Positions 24,001 through 34,543 of a stretch of 64,000 nt of DNA are shown one piece after another. The notes under the pieces are model-generated. The model did no database searches. It saw only the letters and a program-made list of their open reading frames with translations, and was not told where the DNA came from. The first letter of the stretch is position 1. Every line of letters begins with the position of its first letter. Position numbers and translations under genes: made by a program. Source of the DNA: Prorocentrum cordatum (taxonomy: Eukaryota); contig CAUYUJ010000290.1 of assembly GCA_963575745.1 (NCBI GenBank), positions 1 to 64,000 of the forward strand, read 5' to 3'.

Positions 24001-25719
24001 GAGGTCAATCGCGGGATGTCCTGCGCTGCTCGTGATGAGCTTCTGGGAATGGTTCCCGATGCGAATCTGTTCCCGCCAGAGCGAGATGTCGATCTTGCTC
24101 GGCTGGATGAAGTCCCGGCCGATAAGCAGGCCGAGCGTGGGGCTGTCCACGACGCTGAATATTATGCGACCAGCGCGGCCACACAGGACGAGTGGGGCTG
24201 TGACGCGCATCTTGCTCGGGAGCGTGCCACCGTTCCCGAACCTGTAGACTTCGTTCTCTGGCTCCTCCAGGATCTGGTCGGCCAGACCCATCTTGGTGAG
24301 CTTCTCCTTGTACCGCTTGTACCAGCTAAGCCCGCCAACGCAGAAGAGACAGGCAGTGTCGATCACGCCGACGCCGTCATCGTTGGGCTTCTCGCCAGCG
24401 TTGGTGGTGTTTATGGTGGGCAAGTCTGGCACCACGCGCTCGGAGACCAGAGTCTCGGGGGGCGGGGTAGTCGGACCTTCTGGATGAAGAATCACTTCCT
24501 CGTCGCCAAACTCCACGTGATTCTGGTCGTGGACCTGCTCGGTGATGTTGGCCTGGCGGTGCGAGCGACCTCCGCCGCCTCGTCCTCCGCCCTTTTGCTT
24601 AGAATTTGGGGCGAACTTTCGAGCCCCTGGTGTCGGGCACTCCTTGTCACCGGTCCAGTGCCCCGCCTCGCCGCAGTCCCAGCACTTGGAGTTCTTCTTG
24701 CGCTGGTCTACGCGGCCTTGTAGCTTGCCCGCGGGTCGGCGCTTGGCCGAAGCCTTCCCGCGGCCCTTGATAGCTTCCCGGGCCGACCGCATGGTCGCCA
24801 TGGCCTCGGGAATCGCGGCGAGCTCCGCCGCGGCAGCCTCCACCTTAGCAGAATCGTCCCGATCGAACACCTCGCCGAGGTCGTAATTTGACTGCTCCAG
24901 CTCGGCGCTGAAGGCCTCGAGCTCCTGGCGCACGATGTCCTGGACGTCTGCCTCCGTATCATTGTCGTCGCCGTCCTCCGAGTCCTCATGCTCGTCTTCT
25001 GGCTCGTCAGCGATGTTGGCTGATCGTGCTCGGCTTGGCGGTGAGCGCTGCCAACTACTGTTTGATCGCTGCGGCCATGATCGTGACGGCAAGCTCGTGT
25101 GTCGTTCAGATGTGTGAATATCGGGGAACATGCGCACCAGCAGGCCCCTGATGCGCTGAAATGAGTAGTGCTCGTCCGGCAAGTTGCCCACGACGCGCTC
25201 ACGGCGCTCGGCCGTGAGCCCAGCCTTGCGTAGCAGGAACCAGCCGGCCACGTCGTCGAGCGTAGTGAGGTCAACCTCGTTCTCACGTAATTGCTGTAGT
25301 CCCGCCTCGAATCGCACGAGCCAATCCGTCATGCGTTCTCCACGGCGGCGATGGTGATGAGTCGACTCGAAGAACTTTTCAAGCGTCTCTCCCTTCTGCA
25401 CCGGCTTCTGCTGGCCTAGGTTTGCTTCGAGGTGCATCAGTACGTTCTCGATGCCCTTCTGGTTGCGATCGCGCTTCTTCTCATTCGCATCCTCGATGCC
25501 GTCGTCCGGCGGCGGGTGGAGCTCCTGCTCCGTCATGTTGAGAGCGGCCGACCTGGCCGTGCCCGTCAGACGCAGGACTAACTTCGATGCCAAGCTTTGT
25601 GTCACTTCCAAATTCTCACTGAGCTTCCACAATTTTACCTCCTGTTTGTAATCTCGCCATTTCGCTGGATCTCCATTCCAGCTCGGTATCACTGACTGGT
25701 TGTGCGTGAACTCCGTCAT
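18022..25719 (-). CDS. Copia polyprotein: gag, Zn knuckle, aspartic protease, DNMT-like domain, integrase, RT, RNase H, C-terminal TM + Zn-ribbon extension
   Basis: Probable ATG 25719 (MTEFTHNQSVIPSWNGDP). CWDCGEAGHWTGDKEC; GVIDTAC; HVNTGH...CEVC; IGVDLF / FDGGGEF / QNATVERH; KARLVVQG, YGTRDAGRQW, HSHVDDF; FSDAAFA...ADALTK. Confidence 0.95.
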   Translation of the reverse strand: MTEFTHNQSVIPSWNGDPAKWRDYKQEVKLWKLSENLEVTQSLASKLVLRLTGTARSAALNMTEQELHPPPDDGIEDANEKKRDRNQKGIENVLMHLEANLGQQKPVQKGETLEKFFESTHHHRRRGERMTDWLVRFEAGLQQLRENEVDLTTLDDVAGWFLLRKAGLTAERRERVVGNLPDEHYSFQRIRGLLVRMFPDIHTSERHTSLPSRSWPQRSNSSWQRSPPSRARSANIADEPEDEHEDSEDGDDNDTEADVQDIVRQELEAFSAELEQSNYDLGEVFDRDDSAKVEAAAAELAAIPEAMATMRSAREAIKGRGKASAKRRPAGKLQGRVDQRKKNSKCWDCGEAGHWTGDKECPTPGARKFAPNSKQKGGGRGGGGRSHRQANITEQVHDQNHVEFGDEEVILHPEGPTTPPPETLVSERVVPDLPTINTTNAGEKPNDDGVGVIDTACLFCVGGLSWYKRYKEKLTKMGLADQILEEPENEVYRFGNGGTLPSKMRVTAPLVLCGRAGRIIFSVVDSPTLGLLIGRDFIQPSKIDISLWREQIRIGNHSQKLITSSAGHPAIDLHPEDWLAIKGAGHDFGPKAVSTKSIAKRPVPKPNVNITTKASNLLENITRLIPKKELNVPRRLQQRRGGSSRLMAAVSSALVCCSTAVTPPTFAPTMMSATTCVAEPLDDCVACGAKSYTDCCHLGFCSECVFGNSVTLDIEKDNDPKEVNIVEEEQMKARRLKKGTRLQLTAGKRSAIVTNKSGVKPHTVSQALKADLAKQTTNSSGISSNTTILYEWCCNPDSKLSAKWIESGGAAVRCGLPGLDLSRKPIVEKPEDKIRKNLRKGQSVRVHAAFPCTPWTTLQRIILKIDPRKAEKLKRDRKDSARMIDLFLTSMSRLRKEFGSQLAVSFEWPRYCDGWDQRKNYTAKKLKDQLPRIIDFDGCAYGLQTRNGDAIKKPWRIIIDHYGIDNSLHKLCNGLHKHVEARGKLAKDSENYTDKLVAMLVKQLRKTNTTEHREANPAEPTRRRAARRTVPAPAAPAEPALTAAEERTLKSAILQLHVNTGHPANDALARAIRVTGGSQRAVEMALNLHCEVCAAHRRPLPHLPGRIKLDRDFNDSIGVDLFTLADYAGNQLVFLNVVDLASGFTLCGTVSSRHPSVVFARLLQIWITPFGAPQRVLFDGGGEFEREFSKELEDMGCRLMTTAAATPQQNATVERHGGMWKVHARKLIDQFSIRFDQPANAHKIQWLLAAVCWAMNSSINASGYSPAQWVLGRGLQLPYCLLDSAGRLSLHERVVSDKSFSERIALMKAAQTSIQHLRFNQSLSRALLARSRADGAQHASDIYQTGDQVYYWRGNGKPKREWALQWHGPGIIIGFEGTSNVWVSHRSTTVKVNRGHLRHATASELVPWGQVFDAMNGNQPPPPPGQPPADRPPPPDGPQPPRPGGGDEESPHEGGDCGGGGLPPSDKGGDGDTFIDLTGETPKKRPRVNNDPPALPPPPPAIKQHNFGNIEDTPHNRRAHATLEWLRRRQGDEEYTTSGGASGSGSAPAPSGRDLLPAPPAPPVPIADSVAVADPAHDPAQEDPDHAEDPAPEPIVQPELHDEQPEERDETRLPTPGARRTEADGHSSDADSSGSEGLRDWSKAAEEEVRKEALARRPQHPEGQRGNKAQRQAQQEDAPRALERDRHDQTDDRSKAIKRKEFLESLKDDLPKCFKRPKDTLRTDLYLDNYLEINDGDSHSTIRLREVMLTGKAAAKEIRYDKLSAKDKKLMDTAMEVERSKWTEFGAYKKLPPKELKEIFQRHPGIRPVGTRWVLTQKAANLMKARLVVQGCQEDKSQIRTDAPTGSRDALYLTLAAAAQLGWDLTSYDAMTAYLQSGNIERLLLLRMPAKNPPPRTSPGEIVMATGAIYGTRDAGRQWYLYAQKVFQEHGLIESKLEKGLYYFYDDKGLAAMIHSHVDDFLIAQRGSSSEWKRVISSLQKRLHLKKVEGIIKYCGRTINKTNEEFRITQATAAAQVDFIELNAQRGRSPEDRLTTSEVSGYRHTLGQLLWLAVQTRVDIACPVSLAARRTNTATVADAKTLNKTVAYVHGSADFAIVIKRNIIDLRTCTIVCFSDAAFANVDGVKSQWGMAIGLTHKPRDVVAGRYDLCLPVAWHSGTVKRSVKSTLAAEGYAILEGAESSTWFGQLLTEAYNPKKTLKQIDDLSTKRSGEIYSDSNGLVTHIKSDVGQSTDKRFRIVASMIKETVHPNSQLKLSWIPTWSMVADALTKTMETGVLLAFFGAKKYNFGTRQPHAAMLASVLMTCLGRVKAQHPPQEWQVPMSHWIYYMTRIAMLSGIMIGFTLFAALWFVVRKEIFGPGDPNPIQIGTINNTSSGSKADHSGHADTPLPGIYPGWDGRYLGRRNNVPTTIPEDVDGDVYMEPPMVAVAAQSSSSASGSAAPAAPPPSPDSFAQGASSSPSSPMTVTSSSSASVVSWNGSTPTVPPVEMNACVAAEHNVRVGHNAHSVYITCRTCRKHATWLRRNYVTHEPDFSRMHNSLRWDLQNRWRQLQGLPGKAKAQKKIS

Positions 25720-26125
25720 CTTGACACCTTCGTAGGTGGAGTATGTGGCGTCGCTGACACCGTCGTAGGAGAGGTATATGGCGTCGCTGACACCGTTGTA
25801 GGAGAAATATATGGCGTCGCTGACACCGTCGTAGGAGAGGTATGCCGCGTCGCTGACACAGGCGTAGGGGAAGTATATGGCGTCGCTGACACCGTTGTAG
25901 GGGAAGTATGCCGCGTCGCTGACACAGGCGTAGGAGAAGTATGTGGCGTCGCTGACACCGTTGTAGGGGAAGTATGCCGCGTCGCTGACGCAGGCGTTGG
26001 AGCTGGCAGGGATGTAGGCGTAGTAGGCGTAGTCGCTGGCGTCGCTGACGCTGGCGTTGACGCTGGCGTCGCTGACGCTGGCGTAGGTGCTGGCGTCGCT
26101 GACGCTGGCGTAGGTGCTGGCGCTG
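25720..26125. repeat. 33-bp and 24-bp tandem repeats in the copia leader, in frame with gag
   Basis: gcgtcgctgaca core repeated about 12 times. Translates as VSDAxYxxYxG units. Confidence 0.9.
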
Positions 26126-26225
26126 AGCAACAGCGCGAGGAGGCCGCTGGGCCTCGATTCCAGTATGGATCGCGACGTCGCAGACGTCGTCTTGAGTATG
26201 CGGCCCCGCGGGCCGGGATAGCGAG

Positions 26226-26243
26226 CCTCGCTCCAAGCTACCA
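26226..26243 (-). promoter_or_regulatory. Primer binding site (possibly initiator tRNA-Met type)
   Basis: Minus strand TGGTAGCTTGGAGCGAGG lies 1 nt inside the 5-prime LTR and is complementary to a tRNA end ...GCTACCA. The tRNA identity is an inference. Confidence 0.75.
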
Positions 26244-26244
26244 C

Positions 26245-26413
26245 TGTGATATGGATATCGCTGATATCGTTTGTCGAGGAATCGCGCGGCGAAACTCTCT
26301 GCGTAGCTCTAAGGCCAAGGGCCCTAGTTTGAAACAAAACGGCAGCGGCACGAGCGGGCGTAAGGGATAGAGCGGGGATACAGGAAGGGCACAGGGAGTG
26401 AGCGGGAATCACA
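26245..26413 (-). repeat. 5-prime LTR
   Basis: TG...CA termini, identical to the 3-prime LTR. Confidence 0.96.
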
Positions 26414-28210
26414 CTTCCTGTCCCCCTCCACCCTGCCCACCCACTCCTTCCCCTTTGGCTCCTCCTGCTCGTCGCCCTCCAACTCTTCTTCCCTTCTCTC
26501 CCTCCGACTCCCCCTCCATCTCTCCCCCTCGATCTCTCCATCTCTCCCTTTCCCCACCTTCCCCCTCATCTCTCTGTTGAGTTCTCGATCGTACTTAATA
26601 TTGTTTATGAGATTTTGGGGGATCCCTGCATGACCACTAGAGTCCCAAGAAGAGCCAGACATGCTAAAAAGAATCGATCCCCCCGTTTCTCTCATGTTTC
26701 TTTCCTCCCAACCGTCCAGTGACGTGATGTTTTCGAGACCCCTTCCGTGGGTTCCCCTCGGGCCTCCGAGGCATCCAGGCGCCCAAGGGTCCCCAAGGTA
26801 AGTTGGGCATCGTTGGGCTGTTTGGGAGATTTCGATGATGTCTCGCAAGGGTCTTCCAGGAATTCCAGCGTTTTCCAGTGCCTCGGAGCCCCGGCGCCGC
26901 CTAGAGCCAACGACCTGGCTCCCGCTTCTTCCTCCTCCTCCTCCTACCCCTGCTGCTGCTGCAGCCTCCTCCGCTCCCTCGCTTTAGCGTCGCGCTCGAT
27001 GGATGCATGTAAAGGCTCCTGGGCTCGTGCCCTCGTGCGCCACTATGGCTACCCGTTGCACTGTTCGCAGTTTCTCATGTGCCGCCATGTTGACCATATG
27101 TGGCTGCACTGTACGTTGTGGCCTGGGACCTTCCTGTATCTCGAGTGGCATGGCCCTGTATTTCGCATTTGAGGCGGCGCTGTTGGGTCCGAACTCGATT
27201 ACCGATTTGCCTTCGGCAGATCCCGCCGCTGTTCCTGGGCTGCGCGTACGAAGCTTGCGCGGCGTTCGCTGGGGGCTGGGGGACTTCTCGCGGGCCTCTT
27301 GGAGGCAGTTTCGGAACCTCTGAGGTGCAGTAGTGCGGCCTCTTACGGCATAGTTTGGGCCTCTTGGGGGTCCATTGGGGCCTCTTGGAGGAGGCCTCTT
27401 GGGCGCTTCCTGTGGCTTCTTGGGGGCAGATTGGGGCCTCCTGGGAGCTGCTTGGGGCGAAGGGCTCGTCTTTTCGATTCGCCCCCCCAGCCCCCCCCCC
27501 CTCTTGAGCCCTTTCCTGGGGCTGTCTTGGGGCTTGGGGCCCTTTTGTGGCTCTCTTGGGCGCCTCCTGGGCAATCTTGGCGCGCTCTTGGGCCGTCTTG
27601 GGGCCGTCTGGTCTTCTGAGGGAGATCAATGAATTTGGTCTCTTGAGGCCTTCTTGGGGCGCCTCTTCGAGGCCTCCTGGGTCGTCTTGGCGGCCTCTTG
27701 GGCGGTCTTGGGGTCATCCTCGGCGTCTTGGGGCGCTCTGTGGGTGCCTCTTGGGCCGTCTCGGGGGCCTCTCGGGGCTTTCTTGGCCCGTCATGGGGCG
27801 CTCTTCGGCTCGAAACAATCGAGAGAAGCATATGGAAGTTCATAGACCTTTGGCAATGTGGGGCCTGTGCCCCTCAGACATTCCCCAGGGCTCGGGGCTG
27901 AAGCTTACAGGTTTAGACAAGGTGCCTGAGGGCGCGCCAACTCTGCGCAGATAGCGCGGGCCTCTCGCGCCTGCGAATGAGGCCCTGCGGGATGTTTGCG
28001 TCGGCCAACGACCGACCCGTTCCATTTCGCGTGCCCCTGCGCCTTGCCCCCAATCCGATCAAGGTTATCCGGGCCGCGTCCAGCGGCGGCGGCGGCGCCC
28101 CGATTTCGCCCGAGTCTCCCAGGCGCGCGGAGCGCGGTGGGGGAGGGGGGATGGGGGGGGGGGCACGATAAAGCGACATGCGCGCGGATATATGTGTATA
28201 TGTATATATC

Positions 28211-28262
<52 letters not shown>

Positions 28263-28435
28263 ATCCAACGCAACCAGCGTGCCGAAGACGCGGAACTCGA
28301 TGTACATATTTGTGCACGCTTATACTCGCGTACTAACGCACCTTTTGGCGCACTGGCTGAGACGCTACAAGAGAGTGCGTGCACGTGCTACCTGCGTAAA
28401 TTTATGTAGGGGTATATATAGAAAAAACACAGAGA

Positions 28436-28571
<136 letters not shown>

Positions 28572-28599
28572 CACTTGCGATGCCACAGTGCCACAGGAC

Positions 28600-31500
28600 A
28601 CTATTGTGGCAGACATCAGCGCGTGCGCACTGCGTGGGAACTTCTGGCAACGCCACATGTTCTTTTTGGAGTGGTCGTGCCATTACAACGTGAAGGATTC
28701 GGACCCCAACGGGTTCGGCAAGCAGGTCGACGACGCCATGGCGAAGCACATTGCATGGCCGCCAACTGGGTTCGAACCAGGCCAAGCAGCCAAATAACCG
28801 AGACAGGCATCGAAGTGACGCAGGAGTCCAGGGCCGTGCCCTTCAAGCAGGTAGAGTTCTAGTGTAAGAAAATGGTCGCCGCGCTCCCGTCTATGGGTGG
28901 GCCTGGCGTCGCCGTCTATCTCTTCCACGACGAGTCGCCGAACGCGTCCGTGGGCTACCGAATCAGTCGCTTTACCAGGGTCTTCGGCGGCCACGCTGCA
29001 TGCAAAGTGATTGCGGTGGGCCAGTAGTTCAAACGGCAGTCGGATCTAGCTTTCTGAGCGAGCGTCGGCGGAGCAGATGGCGGTGCCCCCTTCTTGCCAT
29101 CGATCGACGGCAGTATCGTATATAGGGATTCGCTTCCTTGTCTGAGCGACTACTTCGAGGGCGAGTTGAGCGTGGGTGCAGAGCCGGCAGCTCGGGGGGC
29201 TGGGCAGCCCGGGCCAGCGGCAGCGGCGCATGGGCCCCATTTGCCAGCGCCCGCAGCGAAGGCCAGGCCCAGGCGACGCCGCATCATAACGCTCTGGATT
29301 CACCAGGGACGCCCATCGGACCAGGGCAGGGCCCCCCAAGCAAGACACCGTCTGTCATGGATATGTGCTCGGTCGCAGATGACTAATGGCGCGGCCGATG
29401 CCGCCTCGGAGTTGGGTGGGGCCCCCATCGAGTTGGAGGGCGCGTGCGAGCACTGGATCAGGAAGACCCCGTTCGAAAAGATCATGAGAAGCGACCGGGG
29501 GGGGGGGGGCGCGCTATGCGGCAAGGGAGTGACCTCGCAGCGAAGTGCACGAACCTCAGTGGCCACGAAGCAACCGCCGCGTCAAACCTCGCACTGCGCG
29601 TCAGGCGCGCGAACGGCGCAAAACTATTGGCGCCTGGGAAGAGGGTGATCGAGCCCGACCTCCAGGACATAGTGAGCGAGTTCGTTGGTATAGGGCTGGA
29701 AATGCCCGTTCACGTGAAGGCGCAGTTTGTTTTCCGCTCCGCCAGCAAGCCGAGAGAGGACACGTGCAATCCAACACACAGAGGACTGGTGCATGGAGAC
29801 GTTGGCGACGGTGGTCCCGTGGCTGCGCGGCGGCACGCATGCGTTCGACTTTTCTTATGCCGGGGTGAGCGGGCGGGGCATAAGCGATGACTTTGCCATC
29901 CAAGCTTTCAGGGGGGCATTCATCATTGACTTCCTCGCGCCTATGATCATGCAGGGCAAGGCGCGCGCCGCGATGGTGGGGGATGCCGCCAAGGCCTGTG
30001 CGATGATGGCCTTGGAACAAGACGCGGACTTCGACGTGGCAGAGGCCATGCAGCATGAGCATTCTGGCGCGCTCACTTGCGCGAGGGGGCTGCCGGCGAT
30101 TTCGAATTCCAAGGCGCCCCGCGGCGACGCGTCGGCCATCGTCGACGCCGGGGCCCTCGAGAACGCATCTGCGAACGCAGCCTCGAGGGAAGCGTCGGCT
30201 CGGATCAACGCTGCATTGGCTGGGAACCTGCGGTGGAACGAACGCATGGCAACCCTCCTCCAGTACGATCAGACAATGGTGCAATCCCAATATTTCGTCG
30301 ATCGTTGTTTGCAGCTGGTCGGGTCAACTGCGAGGGTGGCGATGCAGATGGCCACGCCGATCGCTAACAACCTACGACAACTGGACTTCCATCAAACGTT
30401 CCGGATTCCTGAGATGCACGCGGGCGTCGACGAGAAGCTCCAGGCCGTTGCGCAACAAGTTGTCGACAAAGAGCTTTGGGCAATCCAGTCGGCCTCCGAC
30501 GCGGCCGATGCGGGCGCGCTCCAGGTTGCAGTGAGCGGCGCGATGTGGGCGCCCAAGGTTTTGTCGGAGGCTCTCATCGCGTGGCCCATCGAGAACGGAT
30601 TTCAAATTCGAATGTCGTGGTATCATCGAAGTTGGCGTCGGTGTCTGGCATGCGGCGGTTGTCTTCGTTTGAAAGCAACGCCTTGGCGACGGCTCGCCTC
30701 GATGCCAGTGATATTGCCGACCTCGCCGACAAGACAGTGGCCGAGCTCAGGGTGGGGGCTAGCGTCGTGGATGCGATCAAGACGTCGCCGACAGACAGCG
30801 TAGCCATCGACCACGTCAAAGGATATCACCCATCGTATGCACATGGCCCGTCTCGACGAGGAAGATCTCCTGAAGCTGGGCGAAAGGTCGGGCCACTGCG
30901 CGGCTTTGATATCCGACCTCGTTGGCGCGCCCCCAACTGGGCAGGCGGCGTCGCTTCCCTTCTCAGCGAGGTCGCCCATGCCCGGTGCAACGCTAGTATA
31001 TGCACGAATCAGCGCAATGACCTCGGCGAAGACGCGGCCGCCAGATTCGCGGCGGATCCTGGGTGCTCGTTCGTTGCCAAGCTGCAGGGCGGGATTGGCG
31101 CGCGCAATGGCTTCGCGGAGAAGATCGGCGCCGCGGGCGCGGGCGCGGGGCGGCCAGTGGAGTGCCGCGACGAGAGCGCTGCGATGCCATCTTGCACGGC
31201 GGCGCTCATGGAGCTCGAGAAGTCGGGCGCAGAGGCAGAGCGTGCGAAGTTCCAGGCTGGGTTCATGACTGACCGCGCCATCGGGGGTGGCCCGCGCGAC
31301 GGCGGGGGGCGGGGCAGCGCGTGCGAGGCAGAGCTGCTCGATCAGTTCCTGAAGCAGGCGGTGGCAGTTTGGTCGTCCAGCTCCAAGGCCGGGGAGCTCC
31401 GCCGGGCCATTGCTGACTTCGAGACGGCCCGGCGAGCGGGGGGGGAGGGCGAGGGCGAGGGCTGGGTGCGCGAAGAGGAGAAGGAGGGCCGCAGGGGGGG
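28600..31500 (+). pseudogene. Decayed coding-like sequence of unknown function; a similar-looking fragment lies at 32800-33150
   Basis: Successive protein-like plus-strand segments broken by stops and frameshifts. No recognisable domain. Confidence 0.4.
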
Positions 31501-31637
31501 GGCAGAATCGACAGCCGCAGCAGCAGCATCATGAGATCGCGGTGGAGGAGGAGACGGACGGCGACGGGGGCGACGAGGGGGGGGAAAAGGAGAATGAGGG
31601 GGGGGGCGAGAGGGAATGTGGAGACGGAGGGGGGGTG

Positions 31638-32355
<718 letters not shown>

Positions 32356-33346
32356 GGGGGGGGGGGGGCGCGAGGAGGGCGATGGCGAGGGGGGTGGGGG
32401 TGGGGGCGGCGGAGGAGGAGATGTGCGAGGAGAAGGCGCGCAGGAGGAAGGTTGGGGGGGGGGATGGGGGAGGGGGGGGGGGGGCCGGGGATGATTCGAC
32501 AGAGGAGGGGTAGGGATGAGAGAGCAGCCAGGGGATGAATTTGGATGCTGGCATAGACGATGATGCGGATGGTGATGAAGATAAGAACAATGATGATGTG
32601 AATCAGGACGGGGAGGGGCAGCGGGAACATATGGGGATGAGGAGGCAGACGTTGGGCGGAGGATGGGGCGGATGAGAAGGCGGAGGGGGGGGGGGGGGGG
32701 CGCGAGGAAAACGAGAAGGCGGATGGGGGGCGAGGAGGAGGATGGGGATGGGAATGAGGATGGCGAGGATGAGGGGGAGGGGGAAGATGAACCCCCCGGG
32801 GGCGGCGGCGACAGGCCGTCGATCGCTACAGGCCGAAGGCGGGGAAGCACGGGTTCGCAGTCGACGGGGCTGCCGTCCAGCAGGCGAACAACATTCGCAT
32901 GCAGATGATTGCCATGGAGGTCGAGGGCGCGTTCATCCACATCTTCGACGCGACGGCGGCAGAGGGCAGGCTGGGGCTCCGCGCCGAGTGCCAGGTCCAG
33001 AACGAGAAGATCGCCGGCGACGGCAAGGACGCGGAGATGGCGTCCTAGCTGGCGTCGCTCGTCCATGCGAAGCTGACCGAGCGCGAAGGACGCGCTGGTC
33101 TCCGAGTAGATGGAGGCCGCGAGCCTCGCGGCCCAGCGGCGCGACGTTGCGCGCCATGGTAGGAAAAATTGTATAGTCTGATTGGTTGTAGACTGCAGGT
33201 TAAGTGGGAGGGGGTGTGGGCTCAGGTAGCCATTTTGGCTCCGTAGCGTTCGGCTCTGGCCGACGCGCGGGTGTTCCAGGGGGCCGCGGGGCGGCCATGA
33301 CCACAGCCGTGCTAGTCTGCGGACTAGGTAGCGCGCCTGTGGTGCC

Positions 33347-34543
33347 ATGGCTGTGGGCTTCCTGGGGGCGCACCTGATGATCTTGGTTGCGGGCGGCGCT
33401 CTTACGGTCCAAGGGGCACTTGGCTGGCTGCCGTTCGGGCGCGGGGGACAGGAGGTCCCAGCGCCGACGCCGCCAGCCCTGCCCGGGCCGACAGCGCCGC
33501 CGGCAGGCGGTGGGGGGCGAGGCAAGGGGCGAGGACCGCCCGCCAAGCCCGCGCCTGCAGGGGGAAAGGGGCGAGGGCCGCAGGCCAAGCCCCCGGGGGC
33601 GCCGGGCGTCCCACCGCCGCCGCGGTCAGGGTCGACTACAACGACCACGACCGCGGGCATCGGGCGCGTAGGCGAGGGCGAGCCCACGGGCAGCCCAGCT
33701 ACGCCGGCATACGGAGGTAACAACGAGCCCACGGGCGCGCCTGGGCAGCCGTCCGCCCCGGGAAACCGGACGGGCGATGGTGAGCCTGACCTGCCGCGTG
33801 GGCTGGACGGGTATTGGGGGTGGAGTGGTTGGGTCCCGCACCTGCCCCATTGGTGGGCTGGCCGGAACGAACCCCCACCGCCGCCGCCGCCACCTACCCC
33901 GCCCCCGGAGGCGGGGCCGGGTCCCGGTTGGGGCTTCGCAGCCTGGGTCTTCGAGTTCGTGGGCTATGGAGCGTGGGTAAGCTCCCCCGACCACCCGGGC
34001 ACGATCCGCACGAGTGGCGGATGGATTGGATCCGCCGTCGACCGCCTGGGCGTTAAGATGCTTGGGTACTGGTGGGAGACCGCGGTCCTATGCTTTGCCC
34101 TAGGCATCTTCACGTTCGTGTTGGGTGCCCTGGCCTTCATCGTCAACACCGCAGCCCAGCCTATGCTGTGGGCAGCCGGGGGACTCCGCTGGGCGTGGTA
34201 CCAGATTACCCGGTGCTGCCAGCGACGCGGAGGCGATGGGCCCGGCGCCCATCTTCCCCCACCCCCTCCGACCCCCTTGCTGGTGCGCTGGCGCGGGCCG
34301 GGCTTGGGCGGCGTGGTGGAGACAGAGTTCTACACAAAGGGGGTCCGCGGCCGAGGGACCAATCGGGCGTACAACCACGTGCTGCTGCGTAAGCACGGGC
34401 AGGTGGCCCGCATCAGCTGCAACTTTGCGGACCGGTACCGATTGGACCGCCACGGGCTCAACATCAAGATCGGGCAGGTCCTGGGGTGCACCAGTCGCAA
34501 GTGGCGGCTGAACCTCGAGGAGACAGGGAATGTGCACCTATAG
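33347..34543 (+). CDS. YR element polyprotein part 1: N-terminal hydrophobic segment, Pro/Gly linker, TM helices
   Basis: 398-aa ORF with YWWETAVLCFALGIFTFVLGALAFIV. It appears to continue into the next frame at about 34540 (NVHL / RAVEC). Confidence 0.7.
   Translation: MAVGFLGAHLMILVAGGALTVQGALGWLPFGRGGQEVPAPTPPALPGPTAPPAGGGGRGKGRGPPAKPAPAGGKGRGPQAKPPGAPGVPPPPRSGSTTTTTTAGIGRVGEGEPTGSPATPAYGGNNEPTGAPGQPSAPGNRTGDGEPDLPRGLDGYWGWSGWVPHLPHWWAGRNEPPPPPPPPTPPPEAGPGPGWGFAAWVFEFVGYGAWVSSPDHPGTIRTSGGWIGSAVDRLGVKMLGYWWETAVLCFALGIFTFVLGALAFIVNTAAQPMLWAAGGLRWAWYQITRCCQRRGGDGPGAHLPPPPPTPLLVRWRGPGLGGVVETEFYTKGVRGRGTNRAYNHVLLRKHGQVARISCNFADRYRLDRHGLNIKIGQVLGCTSRKWRLNLEETGNVHL

Larger units (their letters stand above)
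17280..26413 (-). mobile_element. Full-length Ty1/copia LTR retrotransposon
   Basis: Two 169-bp LTRs (TGTGAT...ATCACA). 5-bp TSD CTTCC at 17275-17279 and 26414-26418. PBS, PPT and an uninterrupted gag-PR-IN-RT-RH ORF. Confidence 0.97.

Noticed and set aside
25720..26541. ORF-track start of the copia protein at 26541
   Set aside because: That ATG lies outside the 5-prime LTR in flanking purine-rich DNA. The gag-like sequence starts at 25719.
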